From NCBI GenBank assembly GCA_951406725.2, contig OX597819.1:99448001-99512000 (forward strand): a stretch of DNA of 64,000 nucleotides, written 5' to 3'. How positions within the stretch are numbered: position 1 is the first letter of the stretch; every line of letters begins with the position of its first letter. The stretch is from Octopus vulgaris (lineage: Eukaryota). The notes under the pieces were generated by a model, which was not told the origin of the DNA, made no database searches, and saw nothing but the letters and a program-made list of their open reading frames with translations. This document shows positions 62,280 to 64,000 of this stretch, piece after piece. The position numbers and the translations under genes are program-made.

Positions 62280-62913
62280 CTATCTCCCACCCTTCCCTAT
62301 TCTTCTCCTCTCCCCTTAACCGTTCCCTCTCTCTTACTCCTCCCCCTCCACTCTGTCGTCGCTGACACGTGACCAGAGGGAAGCCATCTTTCCGATTGCT
62401 ATCTTCACAAAGACCAGACCAGCTTATCCTGTCTCTTCATAAGCTGTTTCCTTAAGCGTTCAGAATAACTTTTCCATCGTCTTAACTTAAAATCCCTCAT
62501 CGTTTGTTTTTACTGTTTTGTTATCAATGTTCTGTCTTTACTGGGTTTTTTTTCCCACTGTCCTGTTCTTGTTACCACTTTCACCCTCCGCAAAAAATCC
62601 CAAATTTTATTTAATTTGCTTTGTGGGAAGGGCTGTTTCAACGAAGTCGCATCTTGTCCTTACCTTCGAACGCGGAGTAGATGAAACAGGGGCAACTGAA
62701 GAAGGGGAATAGTCTTTGTGTTGTATGTCTTGTTTCTCTGTTTTTTCGTTGTTTGAAAAAAAGTTCGTTTCTAAGTTTTTGTTTTTATGTTTTCGTTCCT
62801 CATTGTGTTCAACGTTTTTTTTAGGTCCTGTACCCATATATGCATGTATATATACATATATATGTAGGTATGTTCATATATGTATTTATATATGCATATA
62901 TTTATATATTACT

Positions 62914-62952
<39 letters not shown>

Positions 62953-63451
62953 CTTATATAAGAGCATAAACGTACCCGCACTGAAAGTGCTATAAAAAGT
63001 TCATAGATAGAGTAGTGCCGAAGAGAAATTTAGGTCAATATTATATTAACTTCTAATTTTGTTATTTACTTTTAATGTATATCATGTGTCAATTCTGCTT
63101 TCACAACGTTTACTCCCTTCAATGTCATATAGATCGTAATTTTATATAATGCATAGGTATTAGTAGGTATATCATTTAGCTTGTATCGTTTGCATGATTC
63201 AGTCAATTGACAATGGCGATAGCAGGGCACCGCCTTGAAAGGGTATTTAGTCTTACAAATCAACCTCAGTACTTATTTGTAAAGCTTCGTGTTTATTCTA
63301 TGGTTTCTATTTTTGAACCGCTAAATTACAAGGAGGTAAACACACAGACACATGTGGTCAAGCAGTGGTAAAGATACAAGGACATACATATATATACACA
63401 CACACACGCACACACACACACACAGACACACTCACACACACACACACACAT
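60931..63451. repeat. ~2.5-kb spacerless palindrome (two ~1.26-kb arms) centred on (TA)n at about 62193
   Basis: Mirror ORFs (61115+/63072-, 61559+/62607-, 61684-/62518+) and mirror-symmetric microsatellite interruptions right up to the centre. Confidence 0.97.
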
Positions 63452-64000
63452 AATGAGCTTCTTTCAGTTTCTATCACCCAAATCCACTAGCAAGGCTTTG
63501 ATCAACCTGTGGTTATAGTAGAAGATACTTTCCCAAAGTATTACTCAGTGGGACTGAACCCGGCCATGTGAAGCTATGTTGTTATTTTTAGCATACATTT
63601 AACTCTTGGTAGTCGTGTTGCATGTAATTTACGTCATTGCAAATAATACTTGTAAGATAGTAAGTGATATATATGGCTTAATCTCGGTTGCTAGAACAGG
63701 AGAAATATATTTCCTGTCATAATACAAAAGAATGCATGTTATAAAAACTAGCATACTTTGTCATCAAAAATACCCACAGATAAAAAATTGTTCATCAAAA
63801 CTTTGGGAAAAACCACTGATAAATGATAGCAATCGACTAAATATCAAGCGAGCACCAAGGCTTTTGGTTGGCCTTAGGCAATAGTAGAAGACATTTACAC
63901 AATAAGCCTATTCACACCTTATTTAGTAAACCATGTTTACTATCTTGGGAGTGAAATTTAGGATTTCTCTTCTTTCTGTGAATCGATTTTGATAAAACCT

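Overview
This is AT-rich, microsatellite-saturated animal genomic DNA; the SINE families look like those of octopod cephalopods (inference). The only host gene is the 3' part of a + strand type I membrane protein. It has 14 coding exons (1622-35500) encoding two calcium-binding EGF domains, one EGF domain, a 167-aa Thr-rich mucin stalk made of seven symmetric phase-1 exons, a transmembrane helix and a short tail ending FKIKRPNIQIE*, plus a probable 3'UTR exon from 38398. The stalk is expanding: there is a recent 5.27-kb tandem duplication, older exon-module duplications, and one exon that appears to have been pasted into a SINE. The rest is transposon material: a near-full-length Hero-clade RLE LINE, R4/Dong-like LINEs in (TAA)n, CR1 and RTE LINEs, mariner relics, Helitrons (one with an OTU domain), tRNA-SINEs and many palindromes beside (TA)n, including a ~2.5-kb spacerless palindrome. 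The most interesting signal is the Hero 3'UTR. It contains an E-box/TATA/Inr promoter, a ~360-nt RNA whose ends can pair, and hammerhead-ribozyme core motifs in a non-circularly permuted order. All alignments and folds were done by eye, and element boundaries are approximate unless stated.
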